Sequence record: MK327932.1
DNA: 64,000 bases
Source: Escherichia phage vB_EcoM_G2248
Strand: one strand, 5' to 3'
Below the pieces are notes generated by a model. That model did not search any database, was not told the DNA's origin, and saw only the letters and a list, made by a program, of their open reading frames with translations. A program made the translations under genes and the position numbers. Every line of letters starts with the position of its first letter. The stretch's first letter is position 1. This document shows positions 32,920 to 43,518 of this stretch, one piece after another.

Positions 32920-33946
32920 AATATGTATCAGCTAATTTAATTATGTTATCAAGTTCCGTTATTGGTAAAGTTTCTGTGTATCCATCTTTCAACATAGATT
33001 TATCAACAACGCCACATTGATAAGTTCTCTTTATTTCCTTTTCAAGTTCCCACGGAATCCAGCCATCAACACTTTGTTTGACGTAAACAAGTTTATGAAC
33101 AAACTTAGATTTCTGCATATGTTGTTTCATTCTGGTTTCCGGTAATTCATTGGTTACACCAAACTTTATAAATTTATCATCTAACGTCTGGATATAAAAA
33201 TATCCTATCTCAGATGGACGATAGCCAGAAGAACTACATTTCGGACACCCTTTAGCATTTCTGCTGAACGTACAATATCTTACGGAAAATTCGGCGTCAT
33301 GTTTTGTACATTTAAGTTTTATCCATGAATTTGCAGTACCTATCCATTCACCATCGACACCTATATATTCATACCCTAACTTTTTACATTTATCTTCTAT
33401 TCTAGATAGTGCATCTTCTACGGGAACGACATATTCCGTCTTAAATTGTTCAGCCGCACATTTCTTACAACCACATGTACCATGATTTTTAAAATCAAAG
33501 AACTTTGTATTCTTCCAAATATGGTCATGTTTCTTGCATCTAAGAATAATCTTAGTAATTTGTGATTTCCAGCCACCAACAAATCCCAAAAATTCATAAT
33601 CAAGATCTTTACATTTTTCTTCAATGAATTTGGTTGCTTCCTCTTCTGTCATAACTCCCCTACATTGAGGACAACCAACAATAACCTTTTTAGCATAGAA
33701 ACTATTACTGGAAACATCATAGACAGATCCATGCTTATTGCATTGGATAACAGATCTAGTCAATTTTCCTTTCCATTCTCCAGAAAATCCTAAGAATGTA
33801 TGGTCGACAAGTTTACACCTTTCAATAACTTTATCCGCAAATTCTCTAGGAGATTTTGTTACTTTGTTTACTCTGTATTCTATTTCTTCCGGTTGACGAA
33901 GATAATAAACGTGGGGATTGCTCCCCACGGAATTAATATTAAGCAT
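32918..33946 (-). CDS. putative GIY-YIG-like nuclease with three N-terminal zinc-ribbon repeats (candidate homing endonuclease)
   Basis: Three ~45-aa repeats each ending in a CxxC-type motif (CPQCRG, CGCKKC, CPKCSS); C-terminal GYFYIQTL...FIKFGVT...R...H; ATG 33946 with RBS AAGGAAGG. Confidence 0.4.
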   Translation of the reverse strand: MLNINSVGSNPHVYYLRQPEEIEYRVNKVTKSPREFADKVIERCKLVDHTFLGFSGEWKGKLTRSVIQCNKHGSVYDVSSNSFYAKKVIVGCPQCRGVMTEEEATKFIEEKCKDLDYEFLGFVGGWKSQITKIILRCKKHDHIWKNTKFFDFKNHGTCGCKKCAAEQFKTEYVVPVEDALSRIEDKCKKLGYEYIGVDGEWIGTANSWIKLKCTKHDAEFSVRYCTFSRNAKGCPKCSSSGYRPSEIGYFYIQTLDDKFIKFGVTNELPETRMKQHMQKSKFVHKLVYVKQSVDGWIPWELEKEIKRTYQCGVVDKSMLKDGYTETLPITELDNIIKLADTY

Positions 33947-34760
33947 CCTTCCACACCTTCCTTGCATCATAGTTTTTACCTTTAGAAACAAATTTATATG
34001 TGTTAAGGTAGATAATATTGCTCCAGTCTTTCGGGCTAATCTCAACAAGTTTTGTTTTAATGTGTCCCGGTAGATATGCTTTGATCATGTGATCACTTCC
34101 ACGCATACCTTTTACATCGCTCCATTTGATTTTTAAGCGTGTTTTATTGCTCAAGGTAGGAGTAGATGCATATTGCTTTAAAAGTGCCTCTAAAAACTGC
34201 TGACGGGCTTTAGGAGTTACATAGTGTAAGTTAAGACCCAGCATCACAGTATTACCCGCCTTTGTCTTAGAATCACCCAGACAAATGATCAGCGGGAAAA
34301 CATCCCAATATGGCAAAGTGTCTTTATACTTAGCATCATACATAAAGGTATAGATTCGCCCTACTTGCGGTTTTACAATCTGGTGTCCCTTTATTCCAGC
34401 TTTTATTGTTTTAGTAAACCACTCCTGTGATTTTTCTTTAGGACGACTCTTTGATACAGCACGCATAGACGCACGAAAATCATTAATCATCATCATTGCG
34501 CGTTGCTGCTTATTGAGACCCTTTGCGCCTTTCCCTTTTAGTTTTTCAACTTCTATTGCTGTTTTAATTTCGCTGGCATAACGAGACATACTTTTAGTGA
34601 AAGTCGCATAGGCTATTCCCTTAGAATCTGCAAATGCTTTAGCTGTCATGCCTTTGGCTTTTGCTTTCGCAAATTCTACACCCAATTCGACCCACTGTTT
34701 AGACTTTCTTTTTTGGGGAGACGGCTTTTCGTCTTCTGTGATTATTTCAAATACGCTCAT
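33939..34760 (-). CDS. 2: DNA end protector protein gp2
   Basis: 273-aa basic protein at the T4 gene 2 position upstream of gene 4. Confidence 0.65.
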   Translation of the reverse strand: MSVFEIITEDEKPSPQKRKSKQWVELGVEFAKAKAKGMTAKAFADSKGIAYATFTKSMSRYASEIKTAIEVEKLKGKGAKGLNKQQRAMMMINDFRASMRAVSKSRPKEKSQEWFTKTIKAGIKGHQIVKPQVGRIYTFMYDAKYKDTLPYWDVFPLIICLGDSKTKAGNTVMLGLNLHYVTPKARQQFLEALLKQYASTPTLSNKTRLKIKWSDVKGMRGSDHMIKAYLPGHIKTKLVEISPKDWSNIIYLNTYKFVSKGKNYDARKVWKDA

Positions 34761-34771
34761 AATATTATCCT

Positions 34772-35245
34772 CTATTTGTTAAGCCCTTTAAAGCCAAACA
34801 CTTTCTTTAATGCATGTTCGGTGATGATCTTAAACTCCATGTTATGCTTTTGGCATAATTTCACGGCAGCTAACCATTTTTCAGTATTTTTTGTGTATGT
34901 CCATACTTCATGCATATATCGTTGCTTTGTCTTCGCGGTCATTCTTTTTGGCTTTTCCGGTGGCCTTGTCTCTTTAGCTGGTTTAACTTCCCATAAATGC
35001 TCCTTGCCATCATCAAACTTAACGTAAAAATCCATAAAGTATCTGTGTCTTTTTCCGTCTGTTGATGACTCATAAGGAATTACTACGGTCTCAGATCCCC
35101 ATTTTGCAACTCTAGGATTGCGGTCTAGCCACTGCATGATCCATCTTTCCCAGCTTGAACGGTATGTGATCTTACGTATATCCCCTTTATACTTTTCCTT
35201 ATTCTCAGGAACATACTTGCCCTTATAAGTGTTAGATCCTCCCAT
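34772..35245 (-). CDS. 4: head completion protein gp4
   Basis: 157 aa, divergently arranged next to gene 53 as in T4. Confidence 0.7.
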   Translation of the reverse strand: MGGSNTYKGKYVPENKEKYKGDIRKITYRSSWERWIMQWLDRNPRVAKWGSETVVIPYESSTDGKRHRYFMDFYVKFDDGKEHLWEVKPAKETRPPEKPKRMTAKTKQRYMHEVWTYTKNTEKWLAAVKLCQKHNMEFKIITEHALKKVFGFKGLNK

Positions 35246-35260
35246 TTTAGCACCCTTTAT

Positions 35261-35268
35261 TATAAATA
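35261..35268 (+). promoter_or_regulatory. late promoter TATAAATA for gene 53
   Basis: Exact TATAAATA about 33 nt upstream of ATG 35301. Confidence 0.6.
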
Positions 35269-35276
35269 CATAATAC

Positions 35277-35284
35277 TATTTATC
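35277..35284 (-). promoter_or_regulatory. probable late promoter GATAAATA for genes 4 and 2
   Basis: One mismatch from TATAAATA, about 32 nt upstream of ATG 35245. Confidence 0.35.
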
Positions 35285-35300
35285 AATTGAGGGTGCTAAA

Positions 35301-35855
35301 ATGCTCTTTTCTTTCTTCCCTGCCATTGAATACAACGGCAAGATGATTACTGACATTGTGCGCAATTACCGCGCATATTTCAACGCAATAATTTCTGATT
35401 ATAACATACAAACATATTACATTCAAGGTAGTCCACGACCGGAACAAGTTGCATATGAAGTATACGGAAACCAACAACTTTATTGGATCTTGCTGATGCT
35501 TAATGACGTATACGATCCGTTCCATGACTGGATCACCGATCAAGAGACAGCATATGAATCAGCCGAACAACGATATGCAAACGTAGGAGGAAATCAAGTA
35601 TTATACCACGTTGATATTGACGGAAACAAGTATTGGAATCTTACCGAATATCCGAAAGGATCAAGCAATTGGTATGATAAAGGGGATATTCATCACCGTT
35701 ATTTGCAGTTTCAGGGTGCATTATCGGCAGTAGACACACTGGAAGATGCGATCCTCCGTAATGAGGAACGACGCAAGATCAAGATCATAGATCCTACACA
35801 AATTAAACAATTTATTAACGCATTCATTCGAGAAATGGAAAAGGCTGATGTGTAA
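35301..35855 (+). CDS. 53: baseplate wedge protein gp53
   Basis: 184 aa, immediately upstream of gene 5 as in T4. Confidence 0.7.
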   Translation: MLFSFFPAIEYNGKMITDIVRNYRAYFNAIISDYNIQTYYIQGSPRPEQVAYEVYGNQQLYWILLMLNDVYDPFHDWITDQETAYESAEQRYANVGGNQVLYHVDIDGNKYWNLTEYPKGSSNWYDKGDIHHRYLQFQGALSAVDTLEDAILRNEERRKIKIIDPTQIKQFINAFIREMEKADV

Positions 35856-35866
35856 GGTGATTAATT

Positions 35867-37666
35867 ATGCTAATGTTTAATAACTCCGTTAAATGGTTTA
35901 CCGGAATTGTAGAAAACAGGGAAGACCCATTAATGCTGGGGCGTGTTCAGGTTAGGATTCATGGTATACATCCCTCGCTATCCGCGCACGGTGACATTCA
36001 AGGTCTTCCAACCGAAGATCTATTATGGATTACGCCAGTACAAGATATTACAAGCGCGGCGATCTCCGGTATAGGTCAAAGCCCTACTGGTATTGTTGAA
36101 GGTTCAATGGTATTTGGTTTGGCTTTAGATGAACGTTATTTAAACTGCGTTATTCTGGGTACTATTGCCGGACAATATACAGAGAAACCACTCACTACAG
36201 AAGGTTTTTGCGACCCTTCTGGTGCATATCCTCGTTATATTGGTAATGATGTTAATATTCTTGCTCGTGGCGGTATTAACCCAGAAACCGGACAAACAAC
36301 AAAACCTGATAGTGTCTATATTCGAGATGAAAACACTGGAGTTGCAGTAAATCCAGACGACGAGCCATTAGACCAAATTCCGGTTGATGATAATCCTGAT
36401 TTTACAATAGAAAAAATGCTGCGGGGCGATGAGGGGTATCGCGAGAAATGGTATCTTGATTCAGAAGGATATCCGACAATAGGCATCGGGCATTTGATCA
36501 TTTATAAGAAAACCAGTGATCTTGGTATTATCAATAATGAACTTTCTAAGCTGGTAGGGCGTGAAGTTACAAACGGAAGACTTACCGCCGAAGAAGTTAG
36601 TAAAGTATTTGCTGACGATATAGAAAAGACTCGTCGTGATATGCGCAAACATCCACGAATTGCACCTGTCTATAATAAATGTAATGCCTCACGTCGTATG
36701 GCATTAGAAAATATGGCGTTTCAAATGGGTGTTGGTGGATTGGGTAAATTTAAGAATAGTCTTGCTGCGATGTTAGCGGAAGAATGGAAACAAGCCTATG
36801 ATGGATTACGTCAATCGGTATGGGCTAACCAAACTCCAGGACGCTCCAGCCGTGTTTCTAAAATTATTTTAACTGGTAACTTAGAATCATATGGCGTAAT
36901 TGCTCCAAAGAAAGAGGAATCAATTTCTGATGATCCGCGAGCACGTTTGAGAAATGCCCGTATTGCTGCCTATAAGACGCAGAGAGCAGAAGAAGACCCA
37001 GAAGCACCGTTTACCCCACAAGACACACGAATCATGTTTAAAGAGCCTAAGAGTTCGTATTCTGCTAGGTATCCTTATAACCATGTGTACGAGTCAGAGA
37101 GCGGTCATATTATCGAGATTGATGATACTCCTTCTCATGAGCGATATCATCGTAAACATCCTTCGGGTACATTTGAAGAAACCAGACCGGACGGAACGAG
37201 GGTAGAAAAGATTGAAGGCGATGATTATCTGATCGTTAAACAAGGCCGGAAAGTAAACGTTAAGGGTAATTTGCAAGTTGTTGTTGAAGGTGACGCGCAA
37301 GTTTATTATATGGGTAATGTGATGCAAACCGTTGATGGCAACGTCACTGAATTTATTCGTGGCAATGTTAATCAGACCGTTGAAGGTACTGCTAACATGC
37401 ATGTTGTTGGTGATGTTATCGCACAGCTTGACGCTAATTTGACGGCTAACGTCAAGGGTAATGCTGAATTAATGATCGAGGGTAACACTACCGAAACAAT
37501 TAAAGGTAACTATGATTTAACCGTTGAGGGTAATTTTAATATGACCGTCAATGGCACTAAATCAGATCAGGTTAATGGTGACTGGTCCCGTAATTGTGGT
37601 GCAAGCGTTAAAGATATTGCATCTGGTACAGTTCAAATTGATGGTAGCCGTATTGATTTTGGGTGA
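35867..37666 (+). CDS. 5: baseplate hub and tail lysozyme gp5
   Basis: T4-lysozyme-like domain (LRGDEGYREKWYLDSEGYPTIGIGHLI) and C-terminal repeats of the type VxGNxxxxVxG. Confidence 0.9.
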   Translation: MLMFNNSVKWFTGIVENREDPLMLGRVQVRIHGIHPSLSAHGDIQGLPTEDLLWITPVQDITSAAISGIGQSPTGIVEGSMVFGLALDERYLNCVILGTIAGQYTEKPLTTEGFCDPSGAYPRYIGNDVNILARGGINPETGQTTKPDSVYIRDENTGVAVNPDDEPLDQIPVDDNPDFTIEKMLRGDEGYREKWYLDSEGYPTIGIGHLIIYKKTSDLGIINNELSKLVGREVTNGRLTAEEVSKVFADDIEKTRRDMRKHPRIAPVYNKCNASRRMALENMAFQMGVGGLGKFKNSLAAMLAEEWKQAYDGLRQSVWANQTPGRSSRVSKIILTGNLESYGVIAPKKEESISDDPRARLRNARIAAYKTQRAEEDPEAPFTPQDTRIMFKEPKSSYSARYPYNHVYESESGHIIEIDDTPSHERYHRKHPSGTFEETRPDGTRVEKIEGDDYLIVKQGRKVNVKGNLQVVVEGDAQVYYMGNVMQTVDGNVTEFIRGNVNQTVEGTANMHVVGDVIAQLDANLTANVKGNAELMIEGNTTETIKGNYDLTVEGNFNMTVNGTKSDQVNGDWSRNCGASVKDIASGTVQIDGSRIDFG

Positions 37667-37674
37667 GGTAACTA

Positions 37675-38241
37675 ATGGTTGAAATTCTTCCGATGAGTTC
37701 AAAATTGGAGGATATCAGCGAGCGAGAAATCTTTGAGGTGGTGTTCTCTTATAAAGCAACGCCACCGGATGCAAATACCACATACACGATTAAAGAGTTT
37801 AAGATCAGCGAGTATCGCCCTAATAAGGGCGTTACCGTTGAAGAAACTAAAATATCTGGTGAGTATAGGGATAGTTTTTCGCTTGGCGCGGATTCTCTTA
37901 AATATATAACGAAAGATCGAATTAAAAAATCTGCCGGAAGTTTTGATGATTTACCAGATCCAACTACCGCAGATCTATATTATTTTAACGCTCCTACACG
38001 TCTACAGGAGGTTTATACTTATAAAGTAACCCTAACCTATATCCAATCTGTTTCAGAGTCTCCTGGTGGTTCTGGTGAAGGAAATAGTGGTGGTTCCAAT
38101 AGCCGAGAGGGTGCTGGTGAAACTAATCCGCCTCCGGTAGTAACCGAGCACACAATAGAGAAAGTTTATACTCAAACCGTTTTTGGAAATTGGGATGTGT
38201 GGGCGCAGCAACTAAGAGATTATGTACATAGGGGTGTTTAA
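37675..38241 (+). CDS. hypothetical baseplate-region protein (gp5.1 position)
   Basis: 188-aa ORF between genes 5 and 5.4. Confidence 0.5.
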   Translation: MVEILPMSSKLEDISEREIFEVVFSYKATPPDANTTYTIKEFKISEYRPNKGVTVEETKISGEYRDSFSLGADSLKYITKDRIKKSAGSFDDLPDPTTADLYYFNAPTRLQEVYTYKVTLTYIQSVSESPGGSGEGNSGGSNSREGAGETNPPPVVTEHTIEKVYTQTVFGNWDVWAQQLRDYVHRGV

Positions 38242-38534
38242 TGGCTGGATTATCCTACGATAAAGCTAAAACTACAGGGCACGGAAACTACCCACCTACT
38301 GTAATTAATGCAACTCAATCGAAGGTATTTGTTGAGGGTATCCCTGTATTAGTAGAAGGAGACCCAATTACACCACACACAAAAACAACAAAGCCTTATG
38401 ATACACACGGGGGAACTACGGTCGCCAGTACCCCGAAAGTCTTTGTTACCGGAAAGAAAGCAATTCAAATGGCAGATCGTATTAGCTGTGGCGATACCGT
38501 CGCTATGGCATCACCGAAGGTTTATATCAAATGA
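38241..38534 (+). CDS. 5.4: PAAR-repeat baseplate spike tip protein gp5.4
   Basis: 97 aa, size and position as T4 gp5.4. Confidence 0.7.
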   Translation: MAGLSYDKAKTTGHGNYPPTVINATQSKVFVEGIPVLVEGDPITPHTKTTKPYDTHGGTTVASTPKVFVTGKKAIQMADRISCGDTVAMASPKVYIK

Positions 38535-40435
38535 CAAAGCAAAAGATTACACAAATTCCTGATATTTTTAATGCTGCTACATTCGATGAAATTAAAAGCG
38601 CATTAACAGACTGGATGAGAAACCAGGAAGAATTTAAAGATTTTGATTTTAATGGTGCTGGTATTAACGTATTGATGGACTTGCTCGCATATAATACCCT
38701 TTATATTCAGCAATTTGCCAACGCCGCGCTATATGAATCTTTTATCAGAACGGCAATTAAGCGTAGTTCAGTTGTTCAAGCCGCGCAAGATTTAGGATAT
38801 TTGCCAGCAAGTAAAACTAGTGCATCAACTACAATTATGTTGCATGTATCACATCCACGAAATCCGGCAAGTATTCGAATCCCACGAGGAACTAAATTTA
38901 TTGCAAGTGTGGATCGCCAGACTTCTTACCCATTTGTGACTACAGAAGACGTTGTGAGCGTTTTAGGTTCAAATGGTTTATATACGCCTATGCTTAAAGT
39001 CGCACAAGGTCGTATTGTTCGTACAGAAATGTTATTTGATCCGAAGAAACAAATTCTGATCCGCGACCCTGATATTGACCGCGCTCAGGTTAAGTTGTGG
39101 GTAGATGGTGCTGAATGGAAAGACTGGACACGAGAAAGCATTGTTAACGCAACTGGCGCTAGTAATATTTTCTATATGCGTGAAACCGTAGACGGTCATA
39201 CAGAAATCTTCTTTGGTGAAGGTGAATCAACTTTATCTGCTGCTGGCGGGGCGCTGGAAGCAAATTATATTGGTGGACTTAAGCCGTCAACTGGTGCTAA
39301 TATTGTTATCGAATATATTAGCACTAAAGGCGCGGAAGCAAACGGTTCAGTTAATTTTACATATGCGGATACCCTTGCATCTATCTCTATTGTTAAAATT
39401 ATTGAGAATCCGACAAATGATCGTGATTATGTCGGTGCAGATGGTGGTGGTGATCCTGAATCAATCGAACGTATCCGTGAACTTGCTCCGGTAATGCGTG
39501 AATCTCAGCGTCGTTGTGTTACTGCTTCTGACTATGAGGCTTTTGTATCTAGCCGTTTTGGTAGTATTGTTCAGGCGGTACAATGTTTCACCGACCGAGA
39601 AAAACCGGGTTATGCTTTTGTTGCGGTTAAGCCTAAATCTGGCTTGCGCTTGACAACTGTTCAAAAAGAAGATATGCGGGATTATCTGGCAAAATATAAT
39701 CTTGCCCCTATCACGCCGAGCATCATTGACCCTAACTATCTGTATATTAAACAGAATATTAAAGTTTCCTATTCAATCAATGACTTGTCAGAATCAGAGC
39801 AGTGGTTGCGAGGTGCGGTTATTGATCAGATAGATGCATATTATACCGACGAAGTGGAAATTTTTAACCAGACCTTTAGTAAGTCTAAAATGCTTGCTCG
39901 TATTGACAAGGCTGACGTGTCTGTGATAGGTTCTAGTGCAGAAATAGAGATGGTACGAGAGATCGACAACTTCTATAAAGCACCTATGGCTGGAATCAAG
40001 TTCTTAAACCAATATAAGAGCGGAATCAAGTCTAGTTCGTTCAACTTCGAAAAGGACGGTAAACAATACCCGATCCATTATGTAAGTACAGAAATGAACA
40101 AAGAATCAGGTTTAGCTAAATTGCTGGTTGGACCTTTCCCTGTTGGTTCTACAATCGCTTTACCGCACTATTCCGGCACTGATTTTGATAAAGAGGTTAT
40201 CGACGGTGCGGACCTATACTTTGAGGTTGGAGAGGTTCAGCATTATGAAGACCTTATTTCATGGGATCTGGGTAAACTGAATATCAATAGCGATCGCTTT
40301 ACTGGTTCATATATTGAGTTGACAGCTAAACCGATTGCTGATAACATTTTTACTAAAGACGGTTCTTTGATCGTGTTTGAAAACGATCTCCGTCCTCAGT
40401 ACACAACTATTAGTCTGGAGGCAATTGCTCAATGA
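38531..40435 (+). CDS. 6: baseplate wedge protein gp6
   Basis: 634 aa, synteny and size. Confidence 0.8.
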   Translation: MTKQKITQIPDIFNAATFDEIKSALTDWMRNQEEFKDFDFNGAGINVLMDLLAYNTLYIQQFANAALYESFIRTAIKRSSVVQAAQDLGYLPASKTSASTTIMLHVSHPRNPASIRIPRGTKFIASVDRQTSYPFVTTEDVVSVLGSNGLYTPMLKVAQGRIVRTEMLFDPKKQILIRDPDIDRAQVKLWVDGAEWKDWTRESIVNATGASNIFYMRETVDGHTEIFFGEGESTLSAAGGALEANYIGGLKPSTGANIVIEYISTKGAEANGSVNFTYADTLASISIVKIIENPTNDRDYVGADGGGDPESIERIRELAPVMRESQRRCVTASDYEAFVSSRFGSIVQAVQCFTDREKPGYAFVAVKPKSGLRLTTVQKEDMRDYLAKYNLAPITPSIIDPNYLYIKQNIKVSYSINDLSESEQWLRGAVIDQIDAYYTDEVEIFNQTFSKSKMLARIDKADVSVIGSSAEIEMVREIDNFYKAPMAGIKFLNQYKSGIKSSSFNFEKDGKQYPIHYVSTEMNKESGLAKLLVGPFPVGSTIALPHYSGTDFDKEVIDGADLYFEVGEVQHYEDLISWDLGKLNINSDRFTGSYIELTAKPIADNIFTKDGSLIVFENDLRPQYTTISLEAIAQ

Positions 40436-43400
40436 TTAAAGCGCCTAGTGTAACTAGCTTGACAATAGAAAAATTGTCTGCTAATCAGGCGTATATCACA
40501 TGGGATGACGTAGGCGAAAACTTCTTTTATTTTGTGGAGTTAGCCGAAACCAGAACACGAGACGGGGAGATCATCCCCGTCGATGAGTTAAGCTGGGTAA
40601 ACCTGGGATATACTGCCGACCAAAACTGGTTTGAGGACAAAAACCTTTTTCCAGAATATTATTACAAGTTTCGTGTAGCAGTAGCCGCAGAAGGATTTGA
40701 ACAAAGTAAATGGATTGAAACCGAAGAATTTCAGACATTTAAAACAAACGCATATAATTTTTCTATGATGCGAGAGTTCAACCTTGCAAACGAGTTTGTT
40801 AAGCAAAAGTTTACATATGATAATCGTGATTATATTAAATTCAATACTGATTTAATTCAAGCATCATTGATGCAGGAAGATTTTGTTTTCAGTCCTGAAT
40901 ATGCAAACATCACAAATATTTCTAACAAAATTATTGTTGATGAAAACTTTCATGAAATACAGGATCACATAGAAAAAGTTTGTATTGATATAAACCGCAC
41001 TATGTTAGCGGAAATGAACGGTGTTTTGTACCTTTTCGAACGGTTCCAGCCGATCGTGAAAGTGTCAAATGATAAAGGTCAATCATGGAAAGCATATAAA
41101 GCGTTTAACGACCGTGTAGGCAATCCGGTTTCCCGTACATGCGTTTATCAGTCTAAAACCACTACTTACGTTTTAGGATATGACCGAATCTTTTACGGAC
41201 GACAAGCTAGAGATACTCGATGGAGCGCGGACGATGTTCGATTTAGTGATGATACGATCACTTTTGCAAAGGTTGGTGACGAGAACGATTTAGGCTTTGA
41301 CGTTGAGGTCTTTGGTGTATTTTCCAGATTAACAGGGGACACCACAAAATACGCCGAAGCTATGGCATGTAGTGATGACTATTTGTGGGTTGGTGCTAAG
41401 GATGTTATTCGCCGGATTCGTCTTAAGAATACTCCTGTTGATACCGTACAGGGTTCGCCTACGTTTGGAGAAAAAATATTCGATCCTGATGTTATCCGAG
41501 TAACAGGAAATGATAAAGCTGTCATTCAGAAAATGGATGTGATCGACGGTAAATTGCTTGTATTTGTTACTGGTGAAGTTAAACAGCGTTATCAAGATCC
41601 GACTAAACCTGAAAACGTTGTCCCGTCAGACGATGCGGGTGTATACTTAATTGGGAGTGATGGTCTGTCTTTTCAGAGAGTATTTGGCAACACTCCGCAG
41701 GAAAGGGAATATATTCATCATGGGTTCAGTAATATGTCAACCAATGGTGATGAGGTGTTCATAAGCCATTATAATCATCATTTCGAAAGCATTTTACCTG
41801 ATCCAGAAACTGCCGCGAAATATGAATTAAGCGAAGCTGTAAAATATTCTCAGGAGCCAACTTATCTAACTGATAAGAAAATACATCAAACTACTTTCAG
41901 AGCAAGTTATGATGATTTGCGTATTTGGGAATTAGGACCGCAAGCGTATTATAATGAGGCTGATTATACATGGATGCGTCGAAACGGTGTTCGTGTATGG
42001 ATCACAAATGATAATCGCCCGTTGGTTGTTTATCCAGAAGTTGTCTATACGCAGGAAGTTGATACTTCCGGCATTCTTGATAAAAACAGAATTAACCGTG
42101 AAGTTTATGATAAAGGGACCGTGACCTGTTATCTTAACAATGTTAAATTTGAAGGATTCAAACAATATGCATCCGGTGTAATGTTCCATAAAAACACGGG
42201 GGAGATCATTGGGTTCTATCAATTTAACTATCGCGTTCGTGATCAGGTTGGTGTATATTGGAAACCTACAAATGTAGCATTTGTTGCTGAATTGCAAAAT
42301 CAGGTTCGGGAGGTTCCCTGGGTTCCGGTTCACTACGATCGAGAGCAAGATCCAGATTTGCGACCTTTACTGAATAAGATGACACCGGATAGCTTTTTAC
42401 TTGAGAACGAAAATTTCAGAAAATTCTCTGAATATTATCTGCAATTCTTAAGTGATGGTTCAGGAACATATTATAATAAACTAAAAAATCTGATTAAAAA
42501 CAAATATCCACGCGAGCAAGATGCATATGAGTATCTTTGGTCAGAGATGAACAAACGAAACATCTATGCAGATAAAAACAAGCGAGATGCGGTCGTAAGA
42601 TTCTTTGAATCCCGCAAATCAGATTTTTATTCCACTAAGGGCGTGGAGGCTTCTTACAAGTTCTTGTTTAAGTTACTTTATAATGAAGATGTGGAAATTG
42701 AGGTTGAATCACAAGCCGGACTAGAGTATGATATTGTTGTTAGTTCAACGAACATTGACGAGGATATCGTAGGTCGCACGATTTATACTCCAACCGGACG
42801 GGCTAACGTGACGTATCTTGAAAGGGAATATGAAGGTGGACGTCTACGCTGGCGAGTAACCATTCATAACCTGATCGGGCGGTTTGAAGAAGGTCAAGTG
42901 ATCAAATCAGAGAAAACAGCGTTTGAGGGGATGATCCTTGTTGGTGTACGTGGTAAAGAGTTGTTGAGTAGTTCAATCGACTATATCAACCGCTCACGAA
43001 GCCAATACACCATGAAGATTAAAAGTGCATTGCCAGTTTCGCGCTATGCAAATGATGTAATGCGATTCGTTCATCCTGTCGGCTTTGGGTTTATCGGTGT
43101 TACCCTGCTTACGATGTTCATTAACAGCGGGTTAAGTATGAGACACGTAGAAACTATAATTCAATCTCTGAAAAATTATAAGTTTGACAGCGGATTGCCT
43201 AGCGTGTATCCTGATCGTGTTGCTGATCTTGATGTTGATGGAAATATTAAGATTGACCCACTAACAGGGAAACCATTATACTTAACGTCACCGACAATTG
43301 GCGAAGAGTTCCCTGTTCCTCCTGAATATGATCAGGAGAACAGCGAATTGTTCCACGGACTTAAAGCAAGCGAACGAAGATTTGCAATGAGTCCACTGTT

Positions 43401-43518
43401 TGACCAGTCGGCGGTAACATTCTCTATGTTCCGTGAACTTGTAGATAAACGGTTGAAGGATAATATAGGAAATCCACGAGACCCGAAGAATCCGACACAG
43501 AGGAAAATTAATGGCTAA
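40432..43518 (+). CDS. 7: baseplate wedge initiator gp7
   Basis: 1028 aa, synteny and size (T4 gp7 about 1030 aa). Confidence 0.85.
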   Translation: MIKAPSVTSLTIEKLSANQAYITWDDVGENFFYFVELAETRTRDGEIIPVDELSWVNLGYTADQNWFEDKNLFPEYYYKFRVAVAAEGFEQSKWIETEEFQTFKTNAYNFSMMREFNLANEFVKQKFTYDNRDYIKFNTDLIQASLMQEDFVFSPEYANITNISNKIIVDENFHEIQDHIEKVCIDINRTMLAEMNGVLYLFERFQPIVKVSNDKGQSWKAYKAFNDRVGNPVSRTCVYQSKTTTYVLGYDRIFYGRQARDTRWSADDVRFSDDTITFAKVGDENDLGFDVEVFGVFSRLTGDTTKYAEAMACSDDYLWVGAKDVIRRIRLKNTPVDTVQGSPTFGEKIFDPDVIRVTGNDKAVIQKMDVIDGKLLVFVTGEVKQRYQDPTKPENVVPSDDAGVYLIGSDGLSFQRVFGNTPQEREYIHHGFSNMSTNGDEVFISHYNHHFESILPDPETAAKYELSEAVKYSQEPTYLTDKKIHQTTFRASYDDLRIWELGPQAYYNEADYTWMRRNGVRVWITNDNRPLVVYPEVVYTQEVDTSGILDKNRINREVYDKGTVTCYLNNVKFEGFKQYASGVMFHKNTGEIIGFYQFNYRVRDQVGVYWKPTNVAFVAELQNQVREVPWVPVHYDREQDPDLRPLLNKMTPDSFLLENENFRKFSEYYLQFLSDGSGTYYNKLKNLIKNKYPREQDAYEYLWSEMNKRNIYADKNKRDAVVRFFESRKSDFYSTKGVEASYKFLFKLLYNEDVEIEVESQAGLEYDIVVSSTNIDEDIVGRTIYTPTGRANVTYLEREYEGGRLRWRVTIHNLIGRFEEGQVIKSEKTAFEGMILVGVRGKELLSSSIDYINRSRSQYTMKIKSALPVSRYANDVMRFVHPVGFGFIGVTLLTMFINSGLSMRHVETIIQSLKNYKFDSGLPSVYPDRVADLDVDGNIKIDPLTGKPLYLTSPTIGEEFPVPPEYDQENSELFHGLKASERRFAMSPLFDQSAVTFSMFRELVDKRLKDNIGNPRDPKNPTQRKING

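Noticed and set aside
36316-36501. Minus-strand ORFs inside the late structural genes (for example 36316..36501, 37094..37402, 41932..42348, 44817..45218, 58150..58758, 61757..62251, 62653..63045, 63521..63847)
   Set aside because: Antisense to long, well-supported structural genes, with no promoter or RBS. Treated as shadow ORFs.
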